Source: Carcharhinus amblyrhynchos
Lineage: Eukaryota
Reading direction: 5' to 3'
Length of the DNA: 64,000 nucleotides
Assembly (NCBI GenBank): GCA_965287045.1
Contig: OZ336870.1
Location: 106,268,001-106,332,000, forward strand
Shown here: positions 1-12,590 of the stretch, piece after piece
Numbering within the stretch: position 1 is the stretch's first letter
Layout: each line of letters begins with the position of its first letter
Made by a program: the position numbers and the translations under genes
Notes under the pieces: model-generated
Seen by the model: only the letters and a program-made list of their open reading frames with translations
Databases searched by the model: none
What the model was told of the DNA's origin: nothing

Positions 1-3000
1 CTGACTTAACTAAAACCCCCTATCCTTCCAGGGACCATTATCCTTCTATTCCCATCTTATTCATGTATTTGTCAAGATGCCCTTTGATCATTTTAGCCCC
101 AGGAGCTATATCTAACTCCTTGGAAAGATACAATGCTTTGGTCTCAACTGCTTTCTGGGCTAGAGTATTTCACAGGCTCGCCACTTGCTGGGCAAAGAAA
201 TTTCTCCTCATCTCGTCCTAAATGGTTTACCCTGTATCCTTAAGCCGCGACCCCTGGTTCTGGACTGCCCTGTCATCAGGAAAATCCTTCCTGCATCTAT
301 CATGTCTAGTCCTGTTAGAATTTAATAGGTTTCATTCTTACAAACTACAGTGAATACAATCCTAACTGACTCAATCACTTCACATACATCAGTCCCGCCG
401 GTCCAGAAATCAGTCTGGTAAATCTTTGCGGCACTGCCTCTTATAGCAAAAACATCCTTCCTCAGATAAGGAGACCAAAACTGCACACAATGGTGGTGAT
501 TCCCCCAGAAGTGCTGAATTGGTGGGAGAATTGTTCTAAATCCCAACTGTTCTGTTAGTTCAACTTCTCACCTGAATCTCCGCATCCGTGCATCGCAAAG
601 TTCCCAGTTGTAAATCTCATTAAAAACCCAGAGGGGCAGAACCTATCCGTGCCGGAGTCTGACAGTTCTGGAGCTCTGCACATGTGTACTGGCCCCAAAC
701 TGTCAATCTCTCATTTGCTGGCCAGCCAAATCGCTGACCACCCTGGGACCACAGCAGTGCTGCCCCTCCAGCGCACCCCCCCCCCGCCCCATGGCTCGAT
801 CACAGCCCCCACAGCAATTCCCGGGCCAGCCCTGATACCCCTGTTGTCCCAGAGCACCCTGATGTCCAGGCCCCACTCGCCAGCAGTGGTGACCCCCCCC
901 CCATGCCTCCCACGCTGGAAGACAATCCCCACACCCCCCCAGTCTGCCCCAATCACTGCTCTCCCTCCATCCCAGACGGATCCTTCTGCAGAGTGGCAGC
1001 AGGAGCCCCACCCCCATCAATCACCCCTAGGCCCTGCCCACAATAAGCCTCACTCTCTAGGCACTGCCCCATGCCCCCTGGGCAGTGCCAAGATGCCCCT
1101 GGGCATGGGCACTTTGCCTGTTTGTAAGTGCCAGGGGGCACAGGCTGGCACTGCCAGGGCACCCATGCCCAGGGGCACCACAGCTCTGCCATCCAACCCC
1201 CTGGTGGGCACTGATTGCCCCGCCCCCCTTTCATTCCAGGGGTTCCTCTGCTAGTTCCCCGGACATGGGGAGCTAGTTTGAACTCTGCGGGAATGAAGTA
1301 CTCCTGGCAGAGTGGGAGATTCAATTGAAACATGCAGAAAAGATATAAATGACTTACTTGTCTCCCCAACAGTTTCCAACGTGGCCTGACAAATGACTAT
1401 TCGCCGAATCTGGGAGATGCACATGCATTCTCACTGTATGTGCAAATCCCTGTTCAAGACTGCAGACGCGCATCTCCCACCATGACCCGACAGAAAAGTT
1501 ACAGGTCGCAATGGGAGAATTGTGGCCAATATTCCAGGTGTGGTCTCACCAAAGCTCTGTATAATTGCACCAAGACATCCCTGCTCCTGCACTCGAATCC
1601 TCTCACTATGAAGGGCAATGTACCATTTCTCTTTTTTACCATCTGCTGCACCTGCATGTTTATTTACAGCAACTGGTATGTGAGGATATCCAGATTTCAT
1701 TGAGAGCGAGGATTGTGCAATCTATAGTCATTCACATAATAGTCTGTCTTTTTCTTGTTTCTAATCTGCCAACCAGTTTTTTACCCATCTCAAAACATTA
1801 CAGCCAATCCCATGGCTTTAATTTTACACACTAACCTCTTATATATAGGACTTTATTGAAAACCTCCCAAAAGTCCAAATAAACCACATCCACTGGCTCC
1901 CCCTTATTGACTTTATGAGTTACATCCTCAAAGAATTCCAGTAGATTTGCCAAGTATGATTTCCCTTTCTTTAACCCATGATGATTCTGTCTGATCCTGC
2001 CACTTTTTTCCAGTATTTTACTTTAATTTTTTTATAATGGATTCTAGCATTTTCTCCACCATTAATGTCAAGCTGACTGGTCCATACTTCCCTATTTTCT
2101 CTTTATCTCCCTTTTTTAAATAGTGGGATTACATTAGCTACCCTCCAATCCATAGGAACTGTTCCAGAGTCTATAGAATCCTGGAAGCTGGCCACCAATG
2201 CATCCATTATTTCTGGGGCCACTTCCTTAAGTACTCTGGGATGTATATCATCAGGTCTTGGGGATTTATCATCCCTCAATCCCATCAATTTTCCCAACAC
2301 CATTTCTCTACTAATACTGATTTCCTTCAGTTCCTCCTTGTCAGTAAACCCTGTGTAGCTCACATTTCTGTGCCCTACTTTGTGAAGATAAATCCAAAGT
2401 ATGTCTGGATGGTCAGCCATTTCTTTGTTTCCCCATTATAAATTGCCCTGTTTTTAACTGTAAGGGATTTACATTTGAATTCACCATTCCTTTTCTCCTC
2501 ATATACCTATAGAAACTTTTACAGTTACGTTTTATGTTCCCTACAACCCTCCTCTCGTATTCTGTTTTCTCCTTCTTCATCAGTCCATTGGTCCTCCTCT
2601 TCTGAATTCTAAACTGCTCCTAATCCTCAGGTCTGTTGCTTTTTCTGGACAATTTGAATGCCACTTCCTTGGATCTGATACTGTCTCTAATTTCCCTTGT
2701 AAGTCACGGTTTGGTCACCTTTCCCGTATTATTTTTGTGTCAGACAGGAATGAACAATTGTTGCAGTTTAGCCATGCACTCTTTGAATGTTTGCCATTAC
2801 CTATCCACTGTCATTCCTTTAAGTAACGTTTCTCAAATCCATCATAGTCAACTTGTGCCTCATACCATCATAATTTTTTTTACATAGATTCAGGACCCTA
2901 ATCTCAAAATCAACCACATCACTCTCTTCGTGACGAAGAATTCTATTATATTGTGGTCACTCATCCCCAAAGCACACAACTAGATGACCAATTATTCCTT

Positions 3001-3415
3001 TCTCATCACACACACCCAGTCTAGGATGGTCTGTTTTCTAGTTGGTTCCTCAACATATTGGTCTAGTAAACTATCCCGTATATACTCCAGGAGTTCCTCC
3101 TCTACATTATTGTTACTAATTTGTTTGCCCAATCTCTATGTAGATTAAAGTCACCCATAATTACACATGTTCCTTTATTGCATTCATTTCTAATTTCCTG
3201 TTTAATGCCATTCCAAACATCATCAGTGTAGTTTCGGATTTATATGCACCACCCCCTAATATATTTTGCTCTTTGGTGTTTTTCAGCTCTACCCATATAG
3301 ACTTCAAAAAGCGTCAGAGCTAATATCCTTCATCACTATTCTTCTTTGACCAGCAATGCAACTTCACCGCCTTTTCCTTTTCATCTATCTGAATATCACT
3401 GGACGTTCAGTTCCC
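1..3415 (-). mobile_element. Decayed CR1-clade LINE (ORF2 endonuclease/RT remnants), split by a MITE at 492-1527
   Basis: Minus-strand fragments CVQFWSPYLRKD (322-546) and KSPRPDDIHPRVLKEVA...VPMDWRVANVIPLFKKG (2103-2420) are typical CR1 ORF2 motifs. The sequence is continuous across the insertion (…ctgcacacAAT / AATattccaggtgtggtctcacc). Confidence 0.92.
492..1527. mobile_element. GC-rich non-autonomous DNA transposon (PIF/Harbinger-type MITE)
   Basis: Inserted into CR1 with a 3-bp duplication AAT (489-491 and 1528-1530). Degenerate inverted termini GGTGGTGATTCCCCC / GGGAGAATTGTGGCC. Internal inverted GGCACTGCC/GGCAGTGCC motifs. A related copy lies at 19153-19960. Confidence 0.7.
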
Positions 3416-3554
3416 ATGTGAAAATTACAGAAATTAGACACCAGAGGGAATTGGAAAGTTTTGTTTTTAATACAGGTTAAAGATAATATGCTTTTTTCAT
3501 ATTTACAGAAAATATTCCCACAGGCTTTCTGGAAGTATAGTTCACAATCAAACT

Positions 3555-4400
3555 ATTCACTTCCTGCACATATAACCTGCGTTAATTAGTTTGTCGATCA
3601 AGCCACTAAACAAAGGGCTGTTCTGGACCATTTCTAAGTTCGTCAATTGCACTTTAATCCTGAGTGTTTTCCAGCATTTTCTATTCCAAAACGAAGATTT
3701 CATAACATAATATTTTCCTTCATAGTATTTTAAATGAATGTATTGCAGTTTGCAGCAATGAAATAAGATTGTAACATTACATTGGCAATTTTGCCTAATT
3801 GACATTAAAATCATCTGATGCTCATAGGAATATTTAATTTAGGTCTCATACGTCAGTGGAATCTTTTATCTGGTTAAAGAGCAGATGGGAAAGAAAGCAA
3901 TGAAAATCTTTCAAGTCCAAACCTGACCCTGCAAAGTTTTTTTTTCATTGGTTACATTGTGGTTTGAATGAAAAGTTCAGTAGGACAGCAACCCTCAGAC
4001 TGAGAGAGGAAGTGTGCTGCAAGATAAAAGATCAAAATGAGAGAAACACCATTTCTTTCATGATTAAAATTTCAGATTTAGTATTGTTGGCAACATGTTT
4101 TAATTCTAATTTCCACTGAATTTTAGTTCCAATGCTGCAAAAATAATGTTGCACAAAAAGTAGGTGTTCTCTTTTTTGTTTCATTGACTTTTTTTTAATA
4201 CCACCACAGTTAAGTGGCCTGTTCAGATTTTCCAATTGGTTAAATGTAAATTGTGTTGATTGATATATACACCTTTAATAATCTAGGAAGATTTAGCCCT
4301 TTAATGCAGAGTGAGAAAATTACTCTGTAAAGTGGAAGTTATGAAGTCTGTGGTCGTTGTAAGCAGAGGCTGATCCTGTCACTAACAGGAAATGACCAAG
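3555..4400 (+). promoter_or_regulatory. Candidate hematopoietic promoter/enhancer and possible first exon of CLNK
   Basis: Non-repeat DNA with ETS/PU.1 motifs (CACTTCCTG 3558-3566, AGAGGAAGTG 4005-4014, CAGGAAAT 4386-4393), RUNX TGTGGT (3958, 4349) and GATA AGATAA (4022). It ends in ATG ACC AAG|gtatga (4392-4406). Motif-based inference only. Confidence 0.35.
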
Positions 4401-5461
4401 GTATGATGAAGCATTGGGGGGGTGGGGGGCGGGGGGGGAGGGTGTGGTGGCGAGTCTCATTCTTACCAGTAAAAAAGCGAATGATATCTCTCCAATAAAG
4501 CCAATCTGTAAGGTGTTCTGTTTAATTAATCAAAAATGAGAAAGGGATAATTTCAAGAGACTGTCACAGGTAGGTTGACAGTGAATGCTGTCCATGGATT
4601 TCATTATTACTTTTGCGAGTTTTCAAGGGTAATGTATTTTTCATGTACAAGATACATTGAAATATCTAATTTGTTGGCATTGTTGTGTGTCTAGGCAAAG
4701 CAATGTTGAGTGCTTCAGAGTCAATCCTTTGTTGATCAGTGGAAGATATTTTGTATTCCCTTTCCTGGTTATGTAATTGAATCTCCCCCCCATACATTGT
4801 CCTATTTCTCAGTGTAATGTATAGTGGTTGTACAGAAGGGAATCTTGTTGTATAACTGTTCAGGATGAATGTACAGAGAGCTTTGAGCCTGAGAGCAATT
4901 GAGCCCAAATTCCTATAGGGTCCTTCCAAACACCTTATGTAACTTTGGTGAAGGATTTGCAGAATTCCTGGAAAAAGCATCTAAGTAACAATTTTTAGGC
5001 ACTCAAATCAGTTCTGCCAATCTATCACTAAGGCCATGGACAGATATCCCTGGCAGCTAACTGTTGTGTACAAATCAGTCCATCAATTATGCTATATGTT
5101 GCATCTGTGAAGGTAAAAGGTGAATTCTGTACACTCTGCAGTGAAATACACTTGCAAGGAGTGTTGGCCAGAGAATTGGACTAAAATGTTGATTGTTTTC
5201 TCCAACCTGTTGCTGGTAACAGGAGGTTCAACTAGAGGATAAATAAAATAATAAAGCGATGAAATGAACAACATTTATCACAAGAAGTATCACAATTTGG
5301 AATACATTGCCTAAAAATATAACAGGAATAGATTCAATTATAACTTTTAAAACAGATTTCACTATCTATCTACTTGAAAAGGAAAGTTTTACAGGCTGTC
5401 GGAAAAGTGGAACTAAGTCGATAGCTCTTTCAAAGAGCAGGCACAGGAACGATGAGTAAAT

Positions 5462-5966
5462 GGGAGTGCAGAGGAGGTTTCCTAGGCTGATACCGGAGTT
5501 GAGGGGGTTGAACTATGAGGAGAGGCTGAATAAACTAGGCTTGTACTCGTTAGAGTTTAGAAGAATGAGGGGAGATCTCATTGAGACATATAAGATGATG
5601 AAAGGGATGGATAGGATAGAGGTGGAGAGACTCTTCCCGCTCAGAAAGGACAGTAGGACTAGAGGGCACAGCCTCAAGATAAAGGGGGGGGCGGTTTAGA
5701 ACGGAGTTGAGGAGGAACTTCTTCACTCAAAGGGTGATGAATCTCTGGAATTCTCTGCCCGTTGAAGTGGTGGAGGCTGCCTCGCTAAATATATTTAAGA
5801 CGTGGGTTGATAGGTTTTTGATAGGCAAGGGGATTAAGGGTTATGGGGCGAGGGCGGGAATGTGGAACTAAGGCACGACAGATCAGCCATGATCTTATTG
5901 AATGGCAGGGCAGGCTCGAAGGGTTAGATGGCCTACTCCTGCTCCTATTTCTTATGTTCTTATGTT
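5462..5966 (+). mobile_element. Young 5'-truncated CR1 LINE 3' end, inserted into an older CR1 tail
   Basis: ORF GVQRRFPRLIPELRGLNYEERLNKLGLYSLEFRRMRGDLIETYK is the CR1 RT C-terminus, with one frameshift in a G run. It ends in a (TTCTTATG)n tail. Confidence 0.93.
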
Positions 5967-7344
5967 TCCTTCTGTATTGCTTATGTATATGGAAAAAATC
6001 ATAATCAAATATTTTTGCAACCAGTTATAGGCTAAGTTGAAGGAATTTCATTGGGGGAATTTTCCAGTCCCCGCCTTGAAATGTTTAATGGTGGGTGGGT
6101 AACAATGTGGCAGGAGGCAAAAAATCAGTTTCCTCACAGCCTAGAATGACAGTGGGAGCTCCCATCCGTCAGGGCGGGCCACCATTCCCATCAGAGGCTA
6201 GCGTGAAATCAGTTTGAATCCTGTTAACGGGATGCACATGAAGAGCTGACCAGAAATATTCCACCACCACCCCCCACCCCCGCAATCCCATTCAATCATC
6301 CACATCACTTGAGGGATTTCACACCAGTCCAGGGTCTGTCTGCACAAATGTGGTGTGGACTTTTCAGTACCTGAAGAAAGCTTAGGACAGCCCACAGAGA
6401 TCAGGATTGAGGCCTCCAAAGACCATGAATCCAGGAACACCATTTGCCACAAGACATGGACAGAGCATCAACCACATGGATCTTATAGGAGTTGAATATT
6501 CAAGCTTTAGGTGGACAACTACAGGAGGAAATGATAGGCAGTGAGTTAGGAACAATTTCCATCTTTTCCCTTTAATAATTTCAATTAACCTGTCTGGCTT
6601 CTTCCTCTTTTTTTCTGGATGTCTCCTTCCGCTTCCATTAACTTGACTCTGCTCTTTCAGCACCTGCAACTGTGTTAAGTCTGAACTTTAACTGCTAAAT
6701 CAACTCAATGCTTGGGTCTGTGACAATGATTGAGAAGTCTTAGTTAATGATCCTGGCTCACTTTGCTTGGCCAGTCAATTCAGTAATATCAACAAACTTT
6801 CATTTCTTTCTGATTTTCACTTTGGGCTATAGGAAGAATTTGGACTTCAGGGGGTTTATTATGCTGTCCCTTTGACATATTTTTTCTTTCAAGGAAATGA
6901 TCCATTGACACTTACTTCACTAGCTATTTGAGTGCATCTAGTCTCTTCAGCAACTCGAATCATATATTCTCCTTATTACCTCAGTGGCTTTTCACCATGA
7001 CTTTCTTACCAGCATTGAACTCTCTAAGACTTCTAAGTTCTACACCTCATGCGTCATGACTTATCATCACTTAGTCTTGCTTTACTCTTACTTCACTGTT
7101 GACATCAGGCTTAAGCAAATTAAACCTTGTCGTAGGTACGTGTTTAAACATTAACTCATAAAAACTTGTTGTAGACTAGACTGTGGGCTTATTTGGTAGA
7201 AGGACGGAAAATTGTCTCATTTGAGGAATATGGAAATTGCTGCCTAGTATGTCACCCAGCAAATACTTCTGAAAGGACCTCTTTACAATTTGTACACTTC
7301 TTTCTGCAGCACTTTTCAATGATAGGTGATACTGGGATAAGTTC

Positions 7345-7575
7345 CAAGCAAAATATTGCGGATGTTGAAATCTGAAACAAAAAGCAGAAGATGTTGGAAA
7401 ATCTCAGTAGGTCTGACAGCATCTGTAGGTTTAGAATAGAGCCAACATTTCAAGTCTTAATGACCCTTCGTCTTAGCTCAGTTCTGATGAAGGGTCATCT
7501 AGACTCAAAACGTTTACTCTATTCTCTCTGCACAGATGCTGTCAGACCTGCTGAGATTTCCAGCATTTTCTGTTA
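7345..7575. repeat. Palindromic pair of Penelope-like element terminal repeats (~90-bp arms) with hammerhead-like cores
   Basis: 7383-7472 is roughly the reverse complement of 7486-7574. The same repeat is linked to a Penelope C-terminal SGLNIEF motif at 57420-57800. Confidence 0.7.
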
Positions 7576-7718
7576 GAATAGGTTTCACCCCATTTGTACT
7601 CAGAAATATTTCAAAATCTTCTAAGGTAAACTGACACCCCTGGTAACCCATACGTTATAAACTAACTTCTCAAAATCCCAACAGATTTGGGACTTGTGAT
7701 ATTAGGCTTACACTCCTC

Positions 7719-8607
7719 GGAGGAATCTTACCAAAAAGTGGCAGAATGTTGTTTCTGATGAGAAAAAAGATGTTGGTTTTCTCTCCAGTTCTTACGATGC
7801 CCTGCCTAAAATACATGGGGGCACATTTCAAACCATCATGCAGTGAGGGGACCTCAACACACCAGCAAAACTTAGCTGCACTGAGATCTGGGAGCCCACT
7901 TTCAAAGGGGTCTTGATCATAACAGGAATAAACCTGCCCCCCCAACCCCCGCCACACTGCCATGAAGGTATCAGAGGCTCCCCTTCCCACACCAATTGGA
8001 ATCAGCTTCCCCGATCATCATTCCCTTCACCCGATCATCGGCCCCCCTCTCTAATTTCCCCCAATCATTGGCCTCTTCCATCCCCACTCCCGACTCAATC
8101 GACGCCGGCTCCCCCCAGCCCCTCTCATCCAACCACCATTGCCAAGTTCCCGTGCTCCTCCATCCACTCCCGGCCCATGACCAGATCTGCATGAATCCCG
8201 CCCCCTTCACCAATGAGGCTTTTAATGGTGTCAGCCCTGTGACACAGGTTGGGATTGCCAAGTTGGCATAGGCATGAGTGCCAACCTGGTTGTGCCGATC
8301 TATGCCAAGGGACGGTGCCAGGGGTATTGCCAGACCACTGCCTGACCATATCCCTCTCCTCTGGGGACTACACTTACTTTTACACCCTGGGGACATGCTA
8401 CGACAGCTTCATGTCTTAGTGAATGTGTTGTAACCTGCACTGGCGTGATGTCACGTTGGTGCCCACTGAATATCCGATGAGGGGGGGTGGGGAGTCTAGA
8501 AGAGAGTGCTCGCTAATGACATACTATTGTATTAGAATGAGCTTCCTGGGGTCCCGTGGCATGTTTCACGTCGCTTCACCAGCAAGTGGGTTGGAAGATC
8601 AGAACCC
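7719..8607. mobile_element. GC-rich Harbinger-type MITE
   Basis: GC-rich island with GGCA/TGCC inverted motifs and GG-AATCT-like termini, similar in architecture to 492-1527. Confidence 0.5.
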
Positions 8608-9289
8608 AAACTTGTCAGCACAAATCACAGTTTCCAGATTTTGAGCATTAGTACAATAAGCAAAATATCCTGGAATCTGAAACAGAAACAGAGGATGCCA
8701 GAAAAACTCAGCAAGGCTGGCAGCATCTGGAAGGAGAGAATTTTCTTCCACAGTATTCTAGTGTTAGTCGAAGATTGTGTTGGAGTGGAATATGTCAATT
8801 TTGCATAAGGGAATGTGACTTGGGGATTTCTTGTGTTCCGTGTCAAATGAGACTGATGCAGTTTACATTGTCAAGTTAAAGACACCCTCTTGTCATTGAG
8901 GCTACAGGGCAACTTAGGAATCAATCCTAATTCACAAGGGCCCTAAAGAATGATAATATCCAATCCAGGTTAGGCTCTCAAGCAAAGGCAATGAGCTGAT
9001 ATGAAAGGAGTTCTGCAATGTGACCAAAACCATGGAAATGGCTGAAAGATATGGATGCAGATTGCAAGGAAGTTCCTTTCCTGAGCTGGCAGGAGAATTC
9101 TGCCCAATTTCAGCAAGTTTCAGATGATGGCAGCCATTTTCACAGTTTCAGAAACAACCCTCAGTGCTAACTCAATCTTAGTTGTTCCATGATATGAATG
9201 CAGAATTGTTTCATTTTGGAATAATCCATTGTACATGGACAACATTGGTTAGACACCACCTCAAAGGCATTTGATGGGGAGGATAAACT

Positions 9290-9535
9290 TTTTTTTTCAT
9301 TCATGGCGTCACTGACTGGGTCAGCATTTATTGCCCCCTCCTAATTACCTTTCAACTGAATTGCTTGCTAGGCCCTTTAAGAGTACATGTAGGCCAGACC
9401 AGCTAAGGATGGCAGACATTAGTGAATTGAAAGGGTTTTCACCATCTGCCTTGGGAGGATTCAAACCCAGGTCCTCAGATCATTGCCTTAGGCCTGTACG
9501 ATTACTGGTCCAGTGACAATACCACTACACCACAA
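9290..9535 (-). mobile_element. tRNA-headed SINE (internally deleted) with a LINE-derived tail
   Basis: Reverse complement of the family at 36865-37220. Box-B-like GGGTTTGAATCC on the minus strand. Tail CAGCATTTATTGCCC is shared with the LINE at 39680 and 62520. Confidence 0.6.
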
Positions 9536-9664
9536 AAAAAAGAACCATTTCCTAGTTTATTCACTTTCTGCCAAATATGTAAACTTTGTAACCCAAAGGT
9601 GTCCAAGGACTTCCTGCAAGGTTATCACCAGACTTTGCCACTAAGGGCCGGCAACTTTTGGGGT

Positions 9665-9777
9665 AGCACTGTGTAACAATATTGTGTAACAACTCTGTGT
9701 ATCAGCACTATGTACACTGTGTAACAGCACTGTTGTAAAAACTCCAAACACTTACTGTTGTAAAAACCCAAACACTT
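9665..9777. repeat. Degenerate minisatellite (~13-bp ACTGTGTAACAGC units) followed by a ~25-bp tandem duplication
   Basis: About five CTGTGTA(A/T)CA units, then ACTGTTGTAAAAAC(T)CCAAACACTT twice. Confidence 0.7.
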
Positions 9778-9999
9778 GGGCTCACTAATCAAGTGTAAAC
9801 AACATTACTATAATTTTAAATAAATTATTCAGTCTCTCACCCATTGCCAACAAAAGGCTGACTGCACTGGAAATTCTGGGGTTATAAAATGGCGCAGGTC
9901 ACAAAAACTGGCACCAATTGCACTACTCTCTTTATGCCCTACTTTACGACCGCATCACGCCCGTTTTCAGGCACGACACGATCGTAAAATACTGCCCAA

Positions 10000-12390
10000 T
10001 GGGAATGAAAAGGATGATTAGTTGACTTCTGAATGGAATGTTGAATTGATTGTTTGATGTTTGGAATGGTTGTTTTATGGTGGCTTTTATTTCATAATTG
10101 TAGCTGAGAGCATGCTGTGATAGTCACTGACAGATGGGAGGTGTGTGATCTTTGCAGAATGAGGATTTGAGTTTGTGCTCATTGAAACTGCAATCACAAG
10201 ATGAAATGATTGCAGGCAGTCAGGTGGTAAACTAATGTGTTATTTGATTTTTTCCTTCCCCTTGCTCCTTCTCTGCCTTTCCTTCCTCTTCAGCTGCTCC
10301 GCGTATTCCCTGGTAGCAAAGTCTGTGTGCTCCAGATAACGAGACCAGGGAAGATACAACAGGCTGTGCCGAATTGGGGCACGTGTCCAGATGAGTACAG
10401 AGAATCTCAGGTAGTGGGATCATTTTCCAAACAGCCCAATGGTTTGTACTGTGACATCTTGTGTGGCAGCATGGCTCTCCCTATATGCATGTTCATCACA
10501 TAGGCTGGGTTGCACATCAGAAACGGATATCCCTTGTCAGCTTGAAGCTATCTTTTAGTTTTGTGTGGTAGATCAAATTGTGAGAAAGCAGTAGACTGGT
10601 ACAGGATAAAAGCATCATGACTGCTGCTAGGATACTGGGTATTCACTTGTACGATGTGCTAAGCATGATTACACACCAAATACACATTGAGGAAGTGGAA
10701 CTCTTTGCAGTGTCAGTGTACCTCTGCACTTAAAAGCAATTCCCAAGGCACCTACAGCATGGTGAAGTCTGTTATCCTGGCAAAACCTCATATATGTTTG
10801 CCCTGCCTCCATCTGGTCAGGGAGAAGACAATGACCGCGCTCTCCTTGCGTCAAGAGATTTAGTCATTGCCCTTGTGCAGGAATGATGGGCACACTGGTA
10901 GTTTCTCCATGTGTTGTCTGGAAGGAACTTGCTACAAAGAATTTCAGGGGATGGTCACTTCAACAAACATTTTTATTTCATAACTGTACCCAAGAGCACA
11001 CTGTGATGGTCAGTGACAGAGGGAGTGTGTCTGATTGCTACAGAACTGAAGGTAGAATTTAAGGGGAGTCAAAGTCATGCTCAGTGGAACCGCAGTCAGA
11101 TGAAGTGACCACTCATAGCCAGGTGGAAAGGGGGTGAAAGCTTGGCACTTTCCCTCCTCCTTTTCCTCACCATTCTGCCAGTGTTATTTTTGCCTGCTCT
11201 GAAGTGTCTGAAGAACTGGCTGATTTCCATGAGCACCTCCTTCATAAACAAAGTCAACACACACTCTGCTTCAAGAGGAATGCTCCTTCAAGACTCTCAG
11301 TTAATAAGTCTTGGCGGGAGGAAAAGGACTAAAAGCTATTAGTGTTCTTCACTCCCCTTGAAAGACCAGACAAAGCTTTGGAGTTTAGATCAGTCTTTGT
11401 TTCAGACTATAGTGAGGGAAACTTATTACCACATATGTGGCATACAGACATCTCTGAACAAAGGAATGGCAGTTATACCTGCTGGCTCATCTGTAAATAA
11501 TTCACATATATCAATTGAAATTTGAAAGTAATCAATATCCAATCATGACTATTAGGTCTGATTACTTCATTTGTTTCCCACTGTAGTGATTAACTAGTCA
11601 CAACAATCTATGCTTGCCTAACTACAATATCCAATCATTAACATTGCACCTACACATAACTACATTATCAATAAACACATGTCTATGGTCCTTGCCTGTT
11701 TGACACCCTGGGTAGTGACATCTATAAAAACACACTGCAGCCTTGGACTGTTATCAGAAGCAGTGATTCATGTAGTTAAAGCTCTCTTGTGGTCTATCAA
11801 TGCCCCATTTGTCCATTGTTTTTACAGCTGTACCTTGCAGCTCAAGCAGTTTATCTGAGCCTTTGCTGTTTGAATGACTTTCTTAACTCTTTTAATCAGG
11901 CCTCCTGCTGAGAGTCTCTCTCCTTTTCTGCCTCCCCCTTGTTCTGAAAGCAGCTTCTCCTCCTCACTGCTAACTTTGCTCAGTATCCGTTCTACTGCAA
12001 AGCAAAGGAGACAGTCACTATAGCACCAGTGACTGAGTGCAAGTGGCCTGACCAAAACTCTTGAAGTCAAAACCAAGGCCTTCTCTACAGCAACTTGCTC
12101 AACTTTAAACAACTCGAGAAACCACCAAGTCCTCCTGCAAATTTAGGCAGAGCCACCTGAAATTAATTAGTATCTAATGTAAGAGCAATTGATGATCAGT
12201 TTAAATAGTGTTGGTTGAACAGTGGGGGCTCGCATGTGTCCAGTTTTGTGTGTGAACTGGGGTGGGAGACCAAAGATGGCATTGTTGGTGTTAAATCAGC
12301 ATTTCGCATTAACTGAAGTCATGATTTGCTTACACTGCCATAATCTCCTAACGCCTGCACTATTGACCTCCCCAAAATTAAAATCCAATG
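10000..12390 (-). mobile_element. Fossil PIF/Harbinger transposon (HARBI1-like DDE transposase pseudogene), rearranged
   Basis: Manual minus-strand translation gives KEFHFLNVYLVCNH..QVNTQYPSSSHDAFILYQS (HDAFIL at 10602-10619), ADKGYP (10524-10541) and HAYRESHAATQDVTVQTIG. These match Harbinger motifs KG.HS.NVQ.VC / PGS.HD.FIL / GD.GYP. Many stops and frameshifts. Confidence 0.85.
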
Positions 12391-12454
12391 TGAGTAGCTA
12401 CAGAGGTAATGCCATTTTAGGATGAATGGATTTTACAGAGTTGAATTTTGTATC

Positions 12455-12590
12455 CATTTTCTCATCAGTGTCTCATTGCTATTTGTTGGACCTTGCTGTA
12501 TGCAAATTGCCTGTTGTGCTTATTACATTGTAAACAGTGATTACACTTCAAAAATACTTGGGACGTCTTGCGCTCAGGAGATATTTTGCA
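12455..12590 (+). mobile_element. Deu-domain (SacSINE1/AmnSINE-like) SINE 3' fragment
   Basis: TTGCTGTATGCAAATTGCCTG...ACAGTGATTACACTTCAAAATACTT matches the reverse complement of the copies at 17060 and 35330. Confidence 0.5.

Noticed and set aside
649-1254. Longest ORF in the window (201 aa, proline-rich) and overlapping antisense ORFs
   Set aside because: It lies wholly inside a GC-rich MITE, where stop codons are scarce on all frames, and has no recognisable domain.
9665-9777. Short repeats as a CRISPR-like array
   Set aside because: They are contiguous degenerate tandem units without unique spacers, in vertebrate DNA with no cas genes.
11834-11994. Apparent minus-strand exon (ttgcag|...AAG|gtacag; ERILSKVSSEEEK...CLSCK)
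   Set aside because: It spans the Harbinger 5' region plus the TTAA-flanked insert, and no partner exons were found on that strand.
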